Below are positions 44,914 through 54,395 of a stretch of 64,000 nucleotides of DNA, piece after piece. Source of the stretch: Gemmatimonadales bacterium (lineage in GTDB: Bacteria; Gemmatimonadota; Gemmatimonadetes; Gemmatimonadales; GWC2-71-9); contig DASWCE010000089.1 in NCBI GenBank assembly GCA_036390255.1, positions 1,367-65,366 on the forward strand, given 5' to 3'. Every line of letters begins with the position of its first letter. Within the stretch, counting starts at the first letter, position 1. The notes beneath the pieces were generated by a model. That model did no database searches and was not told where the DNA came from. It worked only from the letters and a program-made list of their open reading frames with translations. A program made the position numbers and the translations under genes.

Positions 44914-46524
44914 TTATTGGGGGGGAAGTACTCGTGTCCAGTGGAGATTGTCAAACATGGCAAACCCAGAGCCCGTGCCCGCGAATCGCACAGCCGCGAT
45001 GCCGGTGCCCGTGACGCAGAGTCGCTGGGATGTCTGCTGCGTCGTGGATTCCGTCCGGCTCAGGACGTTGCCGTTGGCGTCGAGTGCTTCGATGAACGCC
45101 GCGCCACCGGGCAGGAGGTCGTGAAATCCGGTCGGTGTCGCGTCGATGCACGCCTGGGCTGCGGGTACGACGAAGGTTGCTTTGATGGTGCCATACCCAA
45201 ACTCACTGAAATCCGAAGCGATCCCCGGAGGACAGACGCTGATGTTGTTCTGCCCCGAGTGGAAACCGAGCAGGCCGTAGTCATTCGCATACACGGCGCT
45301 ACCGGGGCATAGGCCGAGGGGATTGCTACGGCTGAACGTTACACCGAGCCGGGAATACACCGAGTTCACGGCGGCGCCGGGTAAGATCGATCCGAGATCC
45401 GGGGTCTGATCGAAATTCAGGTCGAGGTCACTGGGCAGTGCCCAGGTGAACCGGCTGAACATATCCGTACTCCCACCGGCGCCCATATCAAAGACCACCC
45501 GCGTGCTCGCGAACAGCGGGCGCGGCGTGACCAGCGAGCGGAGTCTCGCCACAAGGTCTCCGAGGAAGGAGCGACGGGATCCGCGAGACCCGAGCACGAT
45601 GTAGCCGGGATCGCAGTGCAGGAACGGCGCGGGGACGTTGTTCAATGCGCGGATCGCCGGATCGGCCCCGACGTGCAGCTGGAAGATTTGGAGCAAGTCC
45701 GACGTCGCATGATCGAGCGTGCCGATTACCGGGCAGATACCGACGGTGACGTTCGTGTTGAACTTGCCGCTCGTGTTGACCGCAGTGAGCGGCGGCTCCG
45801 TGTGGAAATCGTAGCACGAATTGCCGACGGCGCCGATGTCACCGGGGAACACGGGCTCGGGTAACCCCGGAATGCAGGGGCGATCGTCCGCGGACTCGAT
45901 GATGAGCGTGACCGGTTGGTCCACGGCGCCGGCCGGGACGAACACCGCCGCCTGCCCCTGCGTTGTCACGATCGTGGTGCTTTGTCCCGGCTGCACGGTC
46001 CCTTCGCCACAGTCTGAGTCCACGCGCTCACATTGCGAGCCGACGCCGATGAAGAATTTGATCGGGAGGGTGCGATCGGCGAGCAACGGGATGAACTCGC
46101 CCGTGTTCACGTTCTGCAGTTCGCTGCCGCTGTCCACGACGTCCACATCAGCCACCCCGAGCTGGCGGGCCCCCGCCGTCGTGGTGATCCGATACGTACA
46201 GGTCGCATCGAGGTTATCGTCGGCCGTGTGCCAGTTGGTTTGGAAATCGGCGTCTTCGACTTGGACGTCCGATCCCGCCAGCGTGCGGATAATTTCGCCG
46301 CTACAGAGATTGGTGATCGTAATGATCGGACTGAGCTGCCGGGAGAATACTTGGCCCGCGGGCGCCTGCTGGTTGAGCACCGGGGGGAGCCACACGAAGA
46401 ACGTGCTGCCGGTGCCGTGATTGGCGTCGAGGAAGAGCGCGGAGGGGCCGGCCGAATAGCTCCGGTCGCCATGACAGGCGACCGCGCCAATCGCGACGAT
46501 CGCCACGAACGGCAGGTACTTCAT
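44914..46524 (-). CDS. Cys-rich hypothetical lipoprotein, paralog B (with about 130-aa extra C-terminal domain)
   Basis: Start ATG 46524 (MKYLPFVAIVAIGAVAC lipobox). Shares blocks with 46738-47907: FFVWLPPVLNQQAPAGQVFSRQLSPIITI, ADVDVVDSGSELQNVNTGEFIPLLADRTLPIKFFIGVGSQC, VGICPV, APFLHCDP. Confidence 0.7.
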   Translation of the reverse strand: MKYLPFVAIVAIGAVACHGDRSYSAGPSALFLDANHGTGSTFFVWLPPVLNQQAPAGQVFSRQLSPIITITNLCSGEIIRTLAGSDVQVEDADFQTNWHTADDNLDATCTYRITTTAGARQLGVADVDVVDSGSELQNVNTGEFIPLLADRTLPIKFFIGVGSQCERVDSDCGEGTVQPGQSTTIVTTQGQAAVFVPAGAVDQPVTLIIESADDRPCIPGLPEPVFPGDIGAVGNSCYDFHTEPPLTAVNTSGKFNTNVTVGICPVIGTLDHATSDLLQIFQLHVGADPAIRALNNVPAPFLHCDPGYIVLGSRGSRRSFLGDLVARLRSLVTPRPLFASTRVVFDMGAGGSTDMFSRFTWALPSDLDLNFDQTPDLGSILPGAAVNSVYSRLGVTFSRSNPLGLCPGSAVYANDYGLLGFHSGQNNISVCPPGIASDFSEFGYGTIKATFVVPAAQACIDATPTGFHDLLPGGAAFIEALDANGNVLSRTESTTQQTSQRLCVTGTGIAAVRFAGTGSGFAMFDNLHWTRVLPPQ

Positions 46525-46673
46525 GGAACCGCGCACGCAGTCATCCCCAAGGTGAGATAAGGGCTCGAACTAGGAATTAAAAGGGGTTTGGCTGAATACC
46601 ATCCGGCGAGGGAATCAATTCTGCTCGGCCTGGTGATCTACGTCGAAGGTGTGAGGCGCGTGTGCAACAGCGC

Positions 46674-46712
46674 AAAATGAAGGGGCGGCTCTGGCGAGCC
46701 GCCCCTTTTCAT
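46674..46712 (-). terminator. Rho-independent terminator downstream of lipoprotein paralog A
   Basis: Stem AGGGGCGGCTC (46681-46691) / GAGCCGCCCCT (46696-46706), loop TGGC. On the minus strand it is followed by UUCAUUUU; A/T runs lie on both sides. Confidence 0.65.
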
Positions 46713-46737
46713 CATCCGCGCGGCGCTAGGAATTGTC

Positions 46738-47907
46738 CTACGGGATGGGTGGCGGCGGCAGAGCCCACGCGAAACGGCTGAAGCCAGGGGTGCTGCCGCC
46801 GGCGCCCAGATCAAACATCATGCGATGGGTGCCCGCGTAGAGCGGACGCGGACTGACGATAGCCGCGAACGCGCGTGCCAAGTCCCCGAAGAGAGAGGGG
46901 CGCGATCCGAATGATGGTGAAAAGTGGGGGTCGCAACGCAGGAACGGGGCCGAGACGTTGGGCAGCCCGACGCCATTACCCTCGCCAAGATCATCGATCC
47001 GGAAGATCTGAATCAGATCGAGCGTCTCATGATCCAGGTTCATCGCGGCGATCGGCGGGCAGATCCCGACGGTCGCGTTGAACCCTTCATTAAAAGTGCC
47101 GTCATTATCGTTGACGACAGAGAGCGGCGGGTCGGCGCGGAAGTCGTAGCAGCCGTTATCAAGTGTCTCCGGCGTGCCGGGGAATTGGTCGGCCAACCGC
47201 GGAATGCATTCTTCGCCCTCACGAAATCGCTGATCGACTGACTGGATGGTGATGGTGGTCTCATCATTGACCGCACCCGCGCGAAGGAACACACCAGCGT
47301 TGCCGCTGTTGCTGACAATAAGCGTGTTCTCACCCGGCCTTGCCACTCCCTCACCGCAGTCCGAGCCTCCCGATGGGTTGCAGGTCGCTCCCACGCCGAT
47401 GAAAAACGTGATCGGCAACGTCCGATCATCGAGCAGGGGGATGAATTCGTCGGTATCGACGTTCTTCAGTTGGTTGCCGCTGCTCACCACATCGACGTCC
47501 GCAAAACCAAGCTCTGGCGAATTCAGTCTCGGCCCGACGTTTACCGTGATGCGATACGTGCACTCCGCATGGAGGTCATCCTGGTTGGTGTGCCAGTTCA
47601 CAAAGTAGGTCGCGTTGCTCACGGTGATGTCGGACCCGGCGAACGTGCGCACGGTGTTGCCGACATGACAGTTGACGCCAGCAGGTCCCTGATCTACGAT
47701 CGTGACGACTGGGCGGAGTTTCCTCGAGAAAACTTGGTCTGAGGGAGCGTGCTGGTTTACTGTAGGTGGGAGCCAAAAGAAGAACGCGTTACCTCCGTTC
47801 TGAATCGCGTCCTGGATTTCCGCCGACGGTCCCGGCGGTAACGCCCGATCTGCGTGACAGCCGACGATTCCGGCAAGAACGAGAGACAGGAAGGCGATTC
47901 GCTTCAT
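46738..47907 (-). CDS. Cys-rich hypothetical lipoprotein, paralog A
   Basis: Start ATG 47907 (MKRIAFLSLVLAGIVGC lipobox, GGGAG 9 nt upstream). Blocks FFFWLPPTVNQHAPSDQVFSRKLRPVVTI, ADVDVVSSGNQLKNVDTDEFIPLLDDRTLPITFFIGVGATC, VGICPP, APFLRCDP. Eight Cys are conserved with paralog B. Confidence 0.7.
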   Translation of the reverse strand: MKRIAFLSLVLAGIVGCHADRALPPGPSAEIQDAIQNGGNAFFFWLPPTVNQHAPSDQVFSRKLRPVVTIVDQGPAGVNCHVGNTVRTFAGSDITVSNATYFVNWHTNQDDLHAECTYRITVNVGPRLNSPELGFADVDVVSSGNQLKNVDTDEFIPLLDDRTLPITFFIGVGATCNPSGGSDCGEGVARPGENTLIVSNSGNAGVFLRAGAVNDETTITIQSVDQRFREGEECIPRLADQFPGTPETLDNGCYDFRADPPLSVVNDNDGTFNEGFNATVGICPPIAAMNLDHETLDLIQIFRIDDLGEGNGVGLPNVSAPFLRCDPHFSPSFGSRPSLFGDLARAFAAIVSPRPLYAGTHRMMFDLGAGGSTPGFSRFAWALPPPPIP

Positions 47908-48039
47908 AGGGCAACTCCCAGTTGGGGCTCGCGGACAACCCCCAGCTGGGCGCAGTCTGGGACGGTCGGGCGGGCAACGTGACACAGAAATACTTTCTCG
48001 CGACCTAAAGAGACGCTCAATCCAGCGACCCGTCAAGAA

Positions 48040-48074
48040 GTGAGCTATGTCACGGGTTTTGTGAGCTACATCAC
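48040..48074. promoter_or_regulatory. Two 14-bp GTGAGCTAnnTCAC motifs, 21 bp centre to centre (operator-like)
   Basis: GTGAGCTATGTCAC 48040-48053 and GTGAGCTACATCAC 48061-48074 (12/14 identical; GTGA..TCAC inverted ends). They lie between the kinase stop (48071-48073) and the lipoprotein A start. Confidence 0.35.
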
Positions 48075-50539
48075 GAATGTGGACGAGCCAAGGCCTGGAA
48101 GCCGGGAAGCTTTTGGAGATCCCACCACCACCAGGAAATGTCGCCGCCGGTGCGGAACGAATGCTCGGGGTTGGCGGCTACGTAGCGCTGTAGCAATCGG
48201 ATAGCCTCGTCCTGCTCGCCCAGCAGCGTCCGCACGAACGCCTCGAGCGCCACCAGGTCGTGCTCCGGATCAATCTCGGGAGTTCCCTGCGAGCTGGCGA
48301 TCACATGATGCGTGCTGTCGCGCAATCCCGCCCGCGCGATGATCGCCGCCACGAGCATCTTACTCTCGAGATGCAACAGCGTGCGCTGCGCCGGGGGAGA
48401 CAGCGAGTCGATCGCGGCCAACACGGTCCAGGCGCGGGGCACGTCCGGCGATTCGAGCCGTGTCATCATATACAACTGACACTGTGAGAAGCGCCAATCC
48501 CGGGGAAAACGCCGGATGCCTTCCTGACACCAGCGTTGGGCCTGGCGCTGCTGATCGAGATCGTAGGATGTGAAGAACAGCCGCGAGATAATGTCGGCTG
48601 CGTTGGTGAGATAGGCGTCCTCCTCGTACGCGCGCCGGGCTGCGAGTGCAGCCGCCTGCAGGTCTTTCGTCTGATAGTAGAGATGGCTCAGTGTGGCGAA
48701 GGCACTCGCGAGGTTGGGATCGACCGTCGTCGCGCGCTCGAGGTCCTTGCGCGCGTCGTCGAGCAGTGCAGCCGCCTCACGCGGATCCGCCGGACGGAAC
48801 AGGAACCACTTCCGGTACCGCAGCGTGCCTCGAAGTTCGATGGCGCGGGGATCGCCCGGGGCGAGCGCGATCGCCCGATCGGCATGACCGAGGCCCTCCT
48901 CGAGCGACGGCAGCGAACGTGTAAGGCGGGCGCGCCGGTCGAGCAACTGGCCGCGCAGAATGATCGGATCGACCCACTTCGGATCGGCGCGCTCGGCTTG
49001 CGCGAGGACTGAATCGGCGCGCGCCAGGAGGCCGAGGGCCTCGCTGGGACGGGCGTCGGCGTCCTTGCGCAGGCGCTCGGCGCGCTGCACGAGCGTCCAC
49101 GCGTCGACGCTCGACGTGCTGGTGCGCTGCTCACGCAAGCGCACTTCGTCGCCGAGCCGCTCGCGGAGAAAGACCGCCGCCTGGCTGACGAGCGAATCGC
49201 GGATGACGAGTGGCGCGCCCATCGGCAACTCGAAACTCTGATGCCGCACCTCCACGCCGCTCGGGCCATCGACCAGGCGGATGGTCACGCGCGCGCGCGG
49301 TCCCACCGGCTCCACTTCGCCCTCGACCAGCGTGCCGGCCGCGAGGGCACGCGCGATCGAATCGCGCGGCACGTCACGCCCGCGAAACGGCGCGACGCCA
49401 TTGCGCGACACGACATCCAGCGCTCGAATGGCGCTCAGCCGATCGATCAGTGCCTCAGTCAAACCATCGGCGAGATACCGCAGCGAGCTGTCCCGACTGG
49501 CGTCGTTGATGTAGAGCACGGCGACACGATTCTGCGCGAGGCCTCCGGCACCGGCACCGGCAGTGCGGTGACGACCGAACAGCAACCAGGCGCCGGCGAT
49601 CAGCACGATCGTCCCGACGCCGATGGCTGCGGTTGCGGGCCGTCGCCAGATCATGCGCGCGCGCGTGTGCCGTCGCGCCGCGGTCACGCGCGACACGCGA
49701 CCGGTACTCGCCGCCGTCAGCGCCTTCGCGAATTCGCCCGAGGTCTGGTACCGGTCGGCTGGCACCTTTTCGAGCGCGCGCTCGATGACGACTTCGAGCT
49801 CATCCGGAATCGCATCGCGCACGATTTTCAATCGCGGCACCGCATCGAGCGAGTGGCGCGCCATGATCGCCTGCGCGGTGGGGCCGGTGAACGGCGGTTG
49901 GCCGGCGAGCGTCTCGTAGAGCACACACGCGAGACTGTAGATGTCGCTGCGGCGATCGACCTGCCCCGATCCCGACGCCTGCTCCGGGGGCATGTACGCC
50001 GGCGTGCCGATCGCGAGCCCCGTCTGCGTCAGCTTGTCGCCGCCGGCCGCGCTGACGGCGCGCGCGATGCCAAAGTCGGCGACGATCGCGTGCCCGCCGG
50101 ACAACATGATGTTCTCAGGCTTGATGTCGCGATGCACTACGTCGTGATCGTGCGCGTACGCGAGCGCTTCGGCGACCTCGTGCGCGATCTGTAGCGCATC
50201 GTCCACCGGCAACTGCGGCTCGCGGTCCAGCCGGTCGCGTAGGGATTCCCCCTCGACAAACGGCATGACGTAATACAGGGTCCCACCCGCGTCGCCCGAG
50301 TCGTAGACCGGTAGAATGTTCGGATGCTGCAGGCGCGCGGCGATTTTGATCTCGCGCAGGAACCGCTCGCGGCCCAACGCGACTGCAATTTCGGGCCGCA
50401 ATGTCTTGAGCGCGACGAAGCGCTCGTGGCGCGTGTCACGTGCGAGATACACGAGGGCCATGCCGCCACGGCCCAGCTCCCGATCGATGATGTAGTGTGG
50501 CGGGAGCGCAGCGTTCAGTTCTGCAAGTGCGTCAGTCAC
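48071..50539 (-). CDS. Hanks-type Ser/Thr kinase with TM helix, juxtamembrane sensor-like domain and TPR-like C-terminal region
   Basis: 822 aa. GRGGMALVYLARD, VALKTL, HRDIKPENIM, DFGIA, PPEQ. TM IGVGTIVLIAGAWLLF. C-terminal helical repeats. Confidence 0.9.
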   Translation of the reverse strand: MTDALAELNAALPPHYIIDRELGRGGMALVYLARDTRHERFVALKTLRPEIAVALGRERFLREIKIAARLQHPNILPVYDSGDAGGTLYYVMPFVEGESLRDRLDREPQLPVDDALQIAHEVAEALAYAHDHDVVHRDIKPENIMLSGGHAIVADFGIARAVSAAGGDKLTQTGLAIGTPAYMPPEQASGSGQVDRRSDIYSLACVLYETLAGQPPFTGPTAQAIMARHSLDAVPRLKIVRDAIPDELEVVIERALEKVPADRYQTSGEFAKALTAASTGRVSRVTAARRHTRARMIWRRPATAAIGVGTIVLIAGAWLLFGRHRTAGAGAGGLAQNRVAVLYINDASRDSSLRYLADGLTEALIDRLSAIRALDVVSRNGVAPFRGRDVPRDSIARALAAGTLVEGEVEPVGPRARVTIRLVDGPSGVEVRHQSFELPMGAPLVIRDSLVSQAAVFLRERLGDEVRLREQRTSTSSVDAWTLVQRAERLRKDADARPSEALGLLARADSVLAQAERADPKWVDPIILRGQLLDRRARLTRSLPSLEEGLGHADRAIALAPGDPRAIELRGTLRYRKWFLFRPADPREAAALLDDARKDLERATTVDPNLASAFATLSHLYYQTKDLQAAALAARRAYEEDAYLTNAADIISRLFFTSYDLDQQRQAQRWCQEGIRRFPRDWRFSQCQLYMMTRLESPDVPRAWTVLAAIDSLSPPAQRTLLHLESKMLVAAIIARAGLRDSTHHVIASSQGTPEIDPEHDLVALEAFVRTLLGEQDEAIRLLQRYVAANPEHSFRTGGDISWWWWDLQKLPGFQALARPHS

Positions 50540-50543
50540 TCGG

Positions 50544-51044
50544 TTAACGATAGTTCTGACGAACCCGCTGAGCGAGCACCTGGGCGAGGTCCGAAAGCCG
50601 CTCGCGAGGCCACGGGGCGTTTATGACGGTTCGCACACGCCCGGTGCCCGCATCGATCACCATCATCTGGACGAGCACCGAATCGCCCCCGCCCGCGAAT
50701 GGGTCCAGGCGCCCATAGACCCCCACCCCGGCACTGGCGCGGCGCGCCAGGTCGAGGGCCGCGATCTCCGGTTGCTTTTGCCCGCGCCAGCGCTCGCGCA
50801 CGACATCCTGAGACACCGCCGTGAGCGGTGGCGTGCTGTCGAGCCGCGCGGTCAATGCCTGCGCGAGGCGGACGCGCCACGGCTCGAGACCGGGGACGAA
50901 GATGTCGAACGGGGCGACTGCCACGAGCGTCGGCTGGAGGGCATGCAGACGGGCGTAGCGCAGGAAGCTCACGGCACCGGCGATCATCAGCATCGCCACC
51001 AGCGACGACAACCCGATCAGCCAGCGCCTGGACGTCATGTGCAT
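50544..51044 (-). CDS. Membrane-anchored protein homologous to the juxtamembrane domain of the adjacent kinase
   Basis: Start ATG 51044 (MHMTSRRWLIGLSSLVAMLMIAGAV, TM). LVAVAPFDIFV..RVRLAQALTARLDS.. aligns by eye with the kinase segment RVAVLYINDAS..LRYLADGLTEALIDRLS. The stop lies 4 nt before the kinase start. Confidence 0.6.
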   Translation of the reverse strand: MHMTSRRWLIGLSSLVAMLMIAGAVSFLRYARLHALQPTLVAVAPFDIFVPGLEPWRVRLAQALTARLDSTPPLTAVSQDVVRERWRGQKQPEIAALDLARRASAGVGVYGRLDPFAGGGDSVLVQMMVIDAGTGRVRTVINAPWPRERLSDLAQVLAQRVRQNYR

Positions 51045-51207
51045 CCTGTCATGCGCGCGCCTAGCTTCGCACTCAGCTTCCCAGTTCACAAGCCGTCCGT
51101 CCCGCAGCAATTCGGTGAGCTGGGAGTTTTTTCGGACACCGCCTCTGCTCCTCGTGATGCAGGGATGATGAATAGCGGTTGAAACGATCCGGTTACCATG
51201 AGGCCGC

Positions 51208-52101
51208 ATGGTGACCGTATGCACGGTTCTTCCTCCCCCAGAGCGCCCGCGCATCGATGCGGCGGGGGACGGCTGCTTCGATACGCTGCACGCCGACTCG
51301 CTGCGCGAAGCGATCTACGTCGCGCGGCGCCGGCGCGTCGATGCGATGGTCATCTCCGTCCATCGCTGTCACGGGGAAGCGCTGCCCGGGGTTGCGCGGT
51401 TTGTGCGCGAGTTCCCCGCCATCCCCGCGGTGGCGCTCGTGTCGCGGCACGACCGCGAGGCCACCGAAACGCTGCTGCGCCTCGGCGCGACCGGCGTGCG
51501 CAGCGCCGTGGATTGCACCGAGCCCGACGGCTGGCGCCGTCTGCGCGACCTCGTGGGACACCCGGCGTCGCCGGTCGCGGCGCGGATTCTCGCGCGACTC
51601 GTTCCGGCGCTCGGCGAGCCCCCCGAGCCACCTCCACCGGAAGAGACGCGGCTGTTCTTCGAGGCCGTCGCGCGGCTCGCACCGGCGCTCAGCACGGTGC
51701 GCGGCCTGGCCCGCCACCTCCGCGTCCGACCCAGCACGTTGATGTCCCGGTTTCATCGCGCCGGCATACCGTCGCCGAAAAGCTATCTCGCCGGCATGCG
51801 GCTGCTCCACGCGTCATTCCTGTTTCAAAACCCCGGCTTGTCGGTCTCGGATGTGGCGTACCGCATGGACTATTCGTCGCCGCAGAGCTTCGGCCGGCAC
51901 TTGCGCGCAGTCCTCGGCGTGACGGCCGGTGAGTTTCGACGGCGCTTTCCTTTTGAGGTCGCCCTGGCGCGGTATATCGATCTGCTGATCATCCCCTACC
52001 GGGAGGCCCTGCGCGCGTTTCACCCCTTCAACGCGGGGTCGTGGGACCAAGGCCCGAGCGCCGCAGCGGTCTCCCGGTCGGCTTCAGCCTTTAGGGTGTG
52101 A
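51208..52101 (+). CDS. AraC-family transcriptional regulator with receiver-like N-terminal domain
   Basis: C-terminal AraC HTH (LARHLRVRPSTLMSRFHRAGIPSPKSYLAGMRLLHA..VSDVAYRMDYSSPQSFGRHLRAVLGVTAGEFRR). The N-terminal alpha/beta region lacks an obvious acidic pocket. Confidence 0.8.
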   Translation: MVTVCTVLPPPERPRIDAAGDGCFDTLHADSLREAIYVARRRRVDAMVISVHRCHGEALPGVARFVREFPAIPAVALVSRHDREATETLLRLGATGVRSAVDCTEPDGWRRLRDLVGHPASPVAARILARLVPALGEPPEPPPPEETRLFFEAVARLAPALSTVRGLARHLRVRPSTLMSRFHRAGIPSPKSYLAGMRLLHASFLFQNPGLSVSDVAYRMDYSSPQSFGRHLRAVLGVTAGEFRRRFPFEVALARYIDLLIIPYREALRAFHPFNAGSWDQGPSAAAVSRSASAFRV

Positions 52102-52104
52102 ACG

Positions 52105-53802
52105 TCAATCGGCGGCGGGCCTGACGATCTGGTGCTCTGCCGTGGACTGATCGCGCCGCAGCACCGAGAAGCGCGCAATCCCTCCGCGCAGTCGCTCGGC
52201 GAGTTGGGCGAGCTGCTGTGATGTTGCCGTCAGTTCGCCCATGGAAGTGATCTGCGTTTCCGTGGCAGCTGCGGTGGTGTTAGCACTCTCCGACGAAGCT
52301 GTCGAGATGCTGGCGACTTGCTGTAACGACTGTGCCAGCTCAGCGAGGCGTTGTGCCTGGCTGCGGGATACCTCGGCCGTCGCGTTCACCAGGTCGCCCA
52401 TCAGCTGTACGCCCTGATGCAGCTCCTGGAGCGCGCCATCGGCCTCCGCCGCGACCGCGCCGATGTCGCGCACCTTGGCTTCGCCCGACTGCATCGCTCG
52501 CGCCGCGGCCTCGATGCCCGTGCGCAGCTCGCTCACGAGCTCGGCGACTTCGCGCGCGGACTTCCCTGCTTCTGCCGCCAGGGTTCGCACCTCGTCCGCC
52601 ACGACGGCGAAACCTTCACCATGCTCCTCCGCGCGCGCCGCCTCGATTGCCGCGTTGAGCGCGAGCAGGTGCGTCTGCCGCGCGATGCGCGCGATGGTTT
52701 GGGCGAACACCCCGATGCGTTCCGACATTCCCGACAGTCCCGCCACGGTGGACGCCGTGGCGCGCACTTCTTCGCCGACGGCTCGCAGCGTCGCGCTCGC
52801 GCGGGCGACGCGCTCGCGCCCCCGCTCCGCCGTGCCGACGAGTCGCGACGCGTCGACCTGCATCAACTCGGCGCGCACGCGGAGGGATTCGGCCTGATCT
52901 GCCGCCTTGGCGCTTTCGCCCCGCGCCCCGTCCGCGAGGCCGCGCTGAGCCCCTAGATCCGTGGCGAGACGCTGCGACGTTTGCGTCAGCGACTCGGTGG
53001 TGGCATGGAGCTGCTCTGCCGCCGCCGCGAGCTCTTCGGCGAATGCCGCGACTTCGTCGGCCTCGCGCTGCACGGAGGAGATCGTCGTGCCGATCTCCTC
53101 GAGCATCCGGTTGAAGCTCTTTTCCAGAAACCCGAGCTCGTCTGCTTCCGTGGCCGACGCCCGAACGGCCAGATACCCCTGCTCCGCTTCGCCCATCGCG
53201 CTGCGCGCGCGGCGAATGCGCTGGATGAGCGTCGCGGGGATCCGCTTCAGTGCCATCGCGACGACGATGAAGACACCCGTCTCGAGATACGCGACCGTAT
53301 CGAGGCCGGTCCCGCCGGGATACAGGCTGCCGTGCGCCCAGCTCGCGAGCAGGTAGGCGATCGACGCGACCAGCACGAGGAAATCACCGACGGCCTGTCC
53401 CTGATCGAACGCGTAGGGCAGCACCGCGATGAACAGCGCTGCGACCACGCCGCCGTGCCCGAACCAGATGACGAGCACATTGACGAGCAAGACATCGATC
53501 AGCGGCAGCATATAGATGAACCACCAACGGTACCAGCCGCGCTCGTTGATCAAGCCGACGATCGCATTGATCACCGCGGCGCCGCCGGCGAGCAACACGA
53601 TGGTGCCTAAGCGCGCGTCGGTGACCCCGCCGAGCTTGCCGAGGACACCGAGCACGAACAGGGCTGCCGCCATCGCCCAGCGCCGGCGATGGCTGCGCTC
53701 GAAGGTCTCGAGGTCCTTGAGGCGCTGCTCGAGCGCGGTCGCATCGTCGTGCCAGCCACGCGCGCGCGCCGCGAAGGAGAGACGATGGATCGGCTCGCTC
53801 AC
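52105..53802 (-). CDS. Methyl-accepting chemotaxis protein (multi-TM N-terminus, HAMP, MCP signalling domain)
   Basis: Signature [40 protein letters not shown]-like region follows the membrane segments. GTGA overlap with the pyrE stop at 53799-53802. Confidence 0.9.
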   Translation of the reverse strand: MSEPIHRLSFAARARGWHDDATALEQRLKDLETFERSHRRRWAMAAALFVLGVLGKLGGVTDARLGTIVLLAGGAAVINAIVGLINERGWYRWWFIYMLPLIDVLLVNVLVIWFGHGGVVAALFIAVLPYAFDQGQAVGDFLVLVASIAYLLASWAHGSLYPGGTGLDTVAYLETGVFIVVAMALKRIPATLIQRIRRARSAMGEAEQGYLAVRASATEADELGFLEKSFNRMLEEIGTTISSVQREADEVAAFAEELAAAAEQLHATTESLTQTSQRLATDLGAQRGLADGARGESAKAADQAESLRVRAELMQVDASRLVGTAERGRERVARASATLRAVGEEVRATASTVAGLSGMSERIGVFAQTIARIARQTHLLALNAAIEAARAEEHGEGFAVVADEVRTLAAEAGKSAREVAELVSELRTGIEAAARAMQSGEAKVRDIGAVAAEADGALQELHQGVQLMGDLVNATAEVSRSQAQRLAELAQSLQQVASISTASSESANTTAAATETQITSMGELTATSQQLAQLAERLRGGIARFSVLRRDQSTAEHQIVRPAAD

Positions 53803-54395
53803 GTGCCTGTCCCGAGGCCGAGATCGGACGCCGTCACGAACGCCTCCACGAGATAGCCCGCGCGCTCGATCGCCTCACGGCCGCCTTCCTCGCGATCCAT
53901 CACGGCCAGCACGCCGAGCACATGGCCACCCTCGCTTTCGACGGCGCTGATCGCCTCGCGCGCCGAGCGCCCGGTCGTCACCACATCCTCGACGATGACA
54001 ACGGGGTAGCCGGACGCGAAGCAACCTTCGATGCGCTGTCCGGTGCCATGGTCTTTCGGCTGCTTACGCACCGTGAAGGCGTCGAGCATCTGCCCGCGCC
54101 GCCGCGCGGTGAGCGCCAGCGCGTAGGCAATGGGATCAGCGCCCAGGGTCAAGCCGCCGACGGCACGCGGGCTCCAGCCGCGCGCGGCCAGGCGGTCGAG
54201 CCCCAACCCACCGACGACGGCGAGCCCCTCGCCGGACATCGTGGTGAGCCGTGCATCGATATAGAAGGAGGAGCGGCGGCCGGAGGCGAGGACGAAGTCG
54301 CCGCGCCGCACGGAGCGCGCGAGGAGGAGATCCTTGAGCGTGTTTTTGAGGTAGTAGTAATCGCTACTACTATTCACTATTCCGCTTGCCGACAA
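53799..54395 (-). CDS. pyrE: Orotate phosphoribosyltransferase
   Basis: [20 protein letters not shown] and PRPP motif [13 protein letters not shown]. The start is TTG 54395 or GTG 54377. Either overlaps the upstream kinase stop (54370-54372). Confidence 0.9.
   Translation of the reverse strand: MSASGIVNSSSDYYYLKNTLKDLLLARSVRRGDFVLASGRRSSFYIDARLTTMSGEGLAVVGGLGLDRLAARGWSPRAVGGLTLGADPIAYALALTARRRGQMLDAFTVRKQPKDHGTGQRIEGCFASGYPVVIVEDVVTTGRSAREAISAVESEGGHVLGVLAVMDREEGGREAIERAGYLVEAFVTASDLGLGTGT

Noticed and set aside
46633-46646. GTGATCTACGTCGA upstream of lipoprotein paralog B, resembling the GTGAGCTAnnTCAC motif (10/14).
   Set aside because: There are four mismatches including the right half-site, and there is no second phased copy. 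It cannot be distinguished from chance.
47913-47923. A shared 9-mer: CTGGGAGTT at 51120-51128 and its reverse complement AACTCCCAG at 47913-47921 (read on the minus strand as CTGGGAGTT). It seemed to link the lipoprotein A leader with the AraC/kinase control region.
   Set aside because: At 47913-47923 the motif is simply the GGGAG Shine-Dalgarno 9 nt upstream of the ATG at 47907. A 9-mer match containing an RBS core is weak evidence for a common operator.
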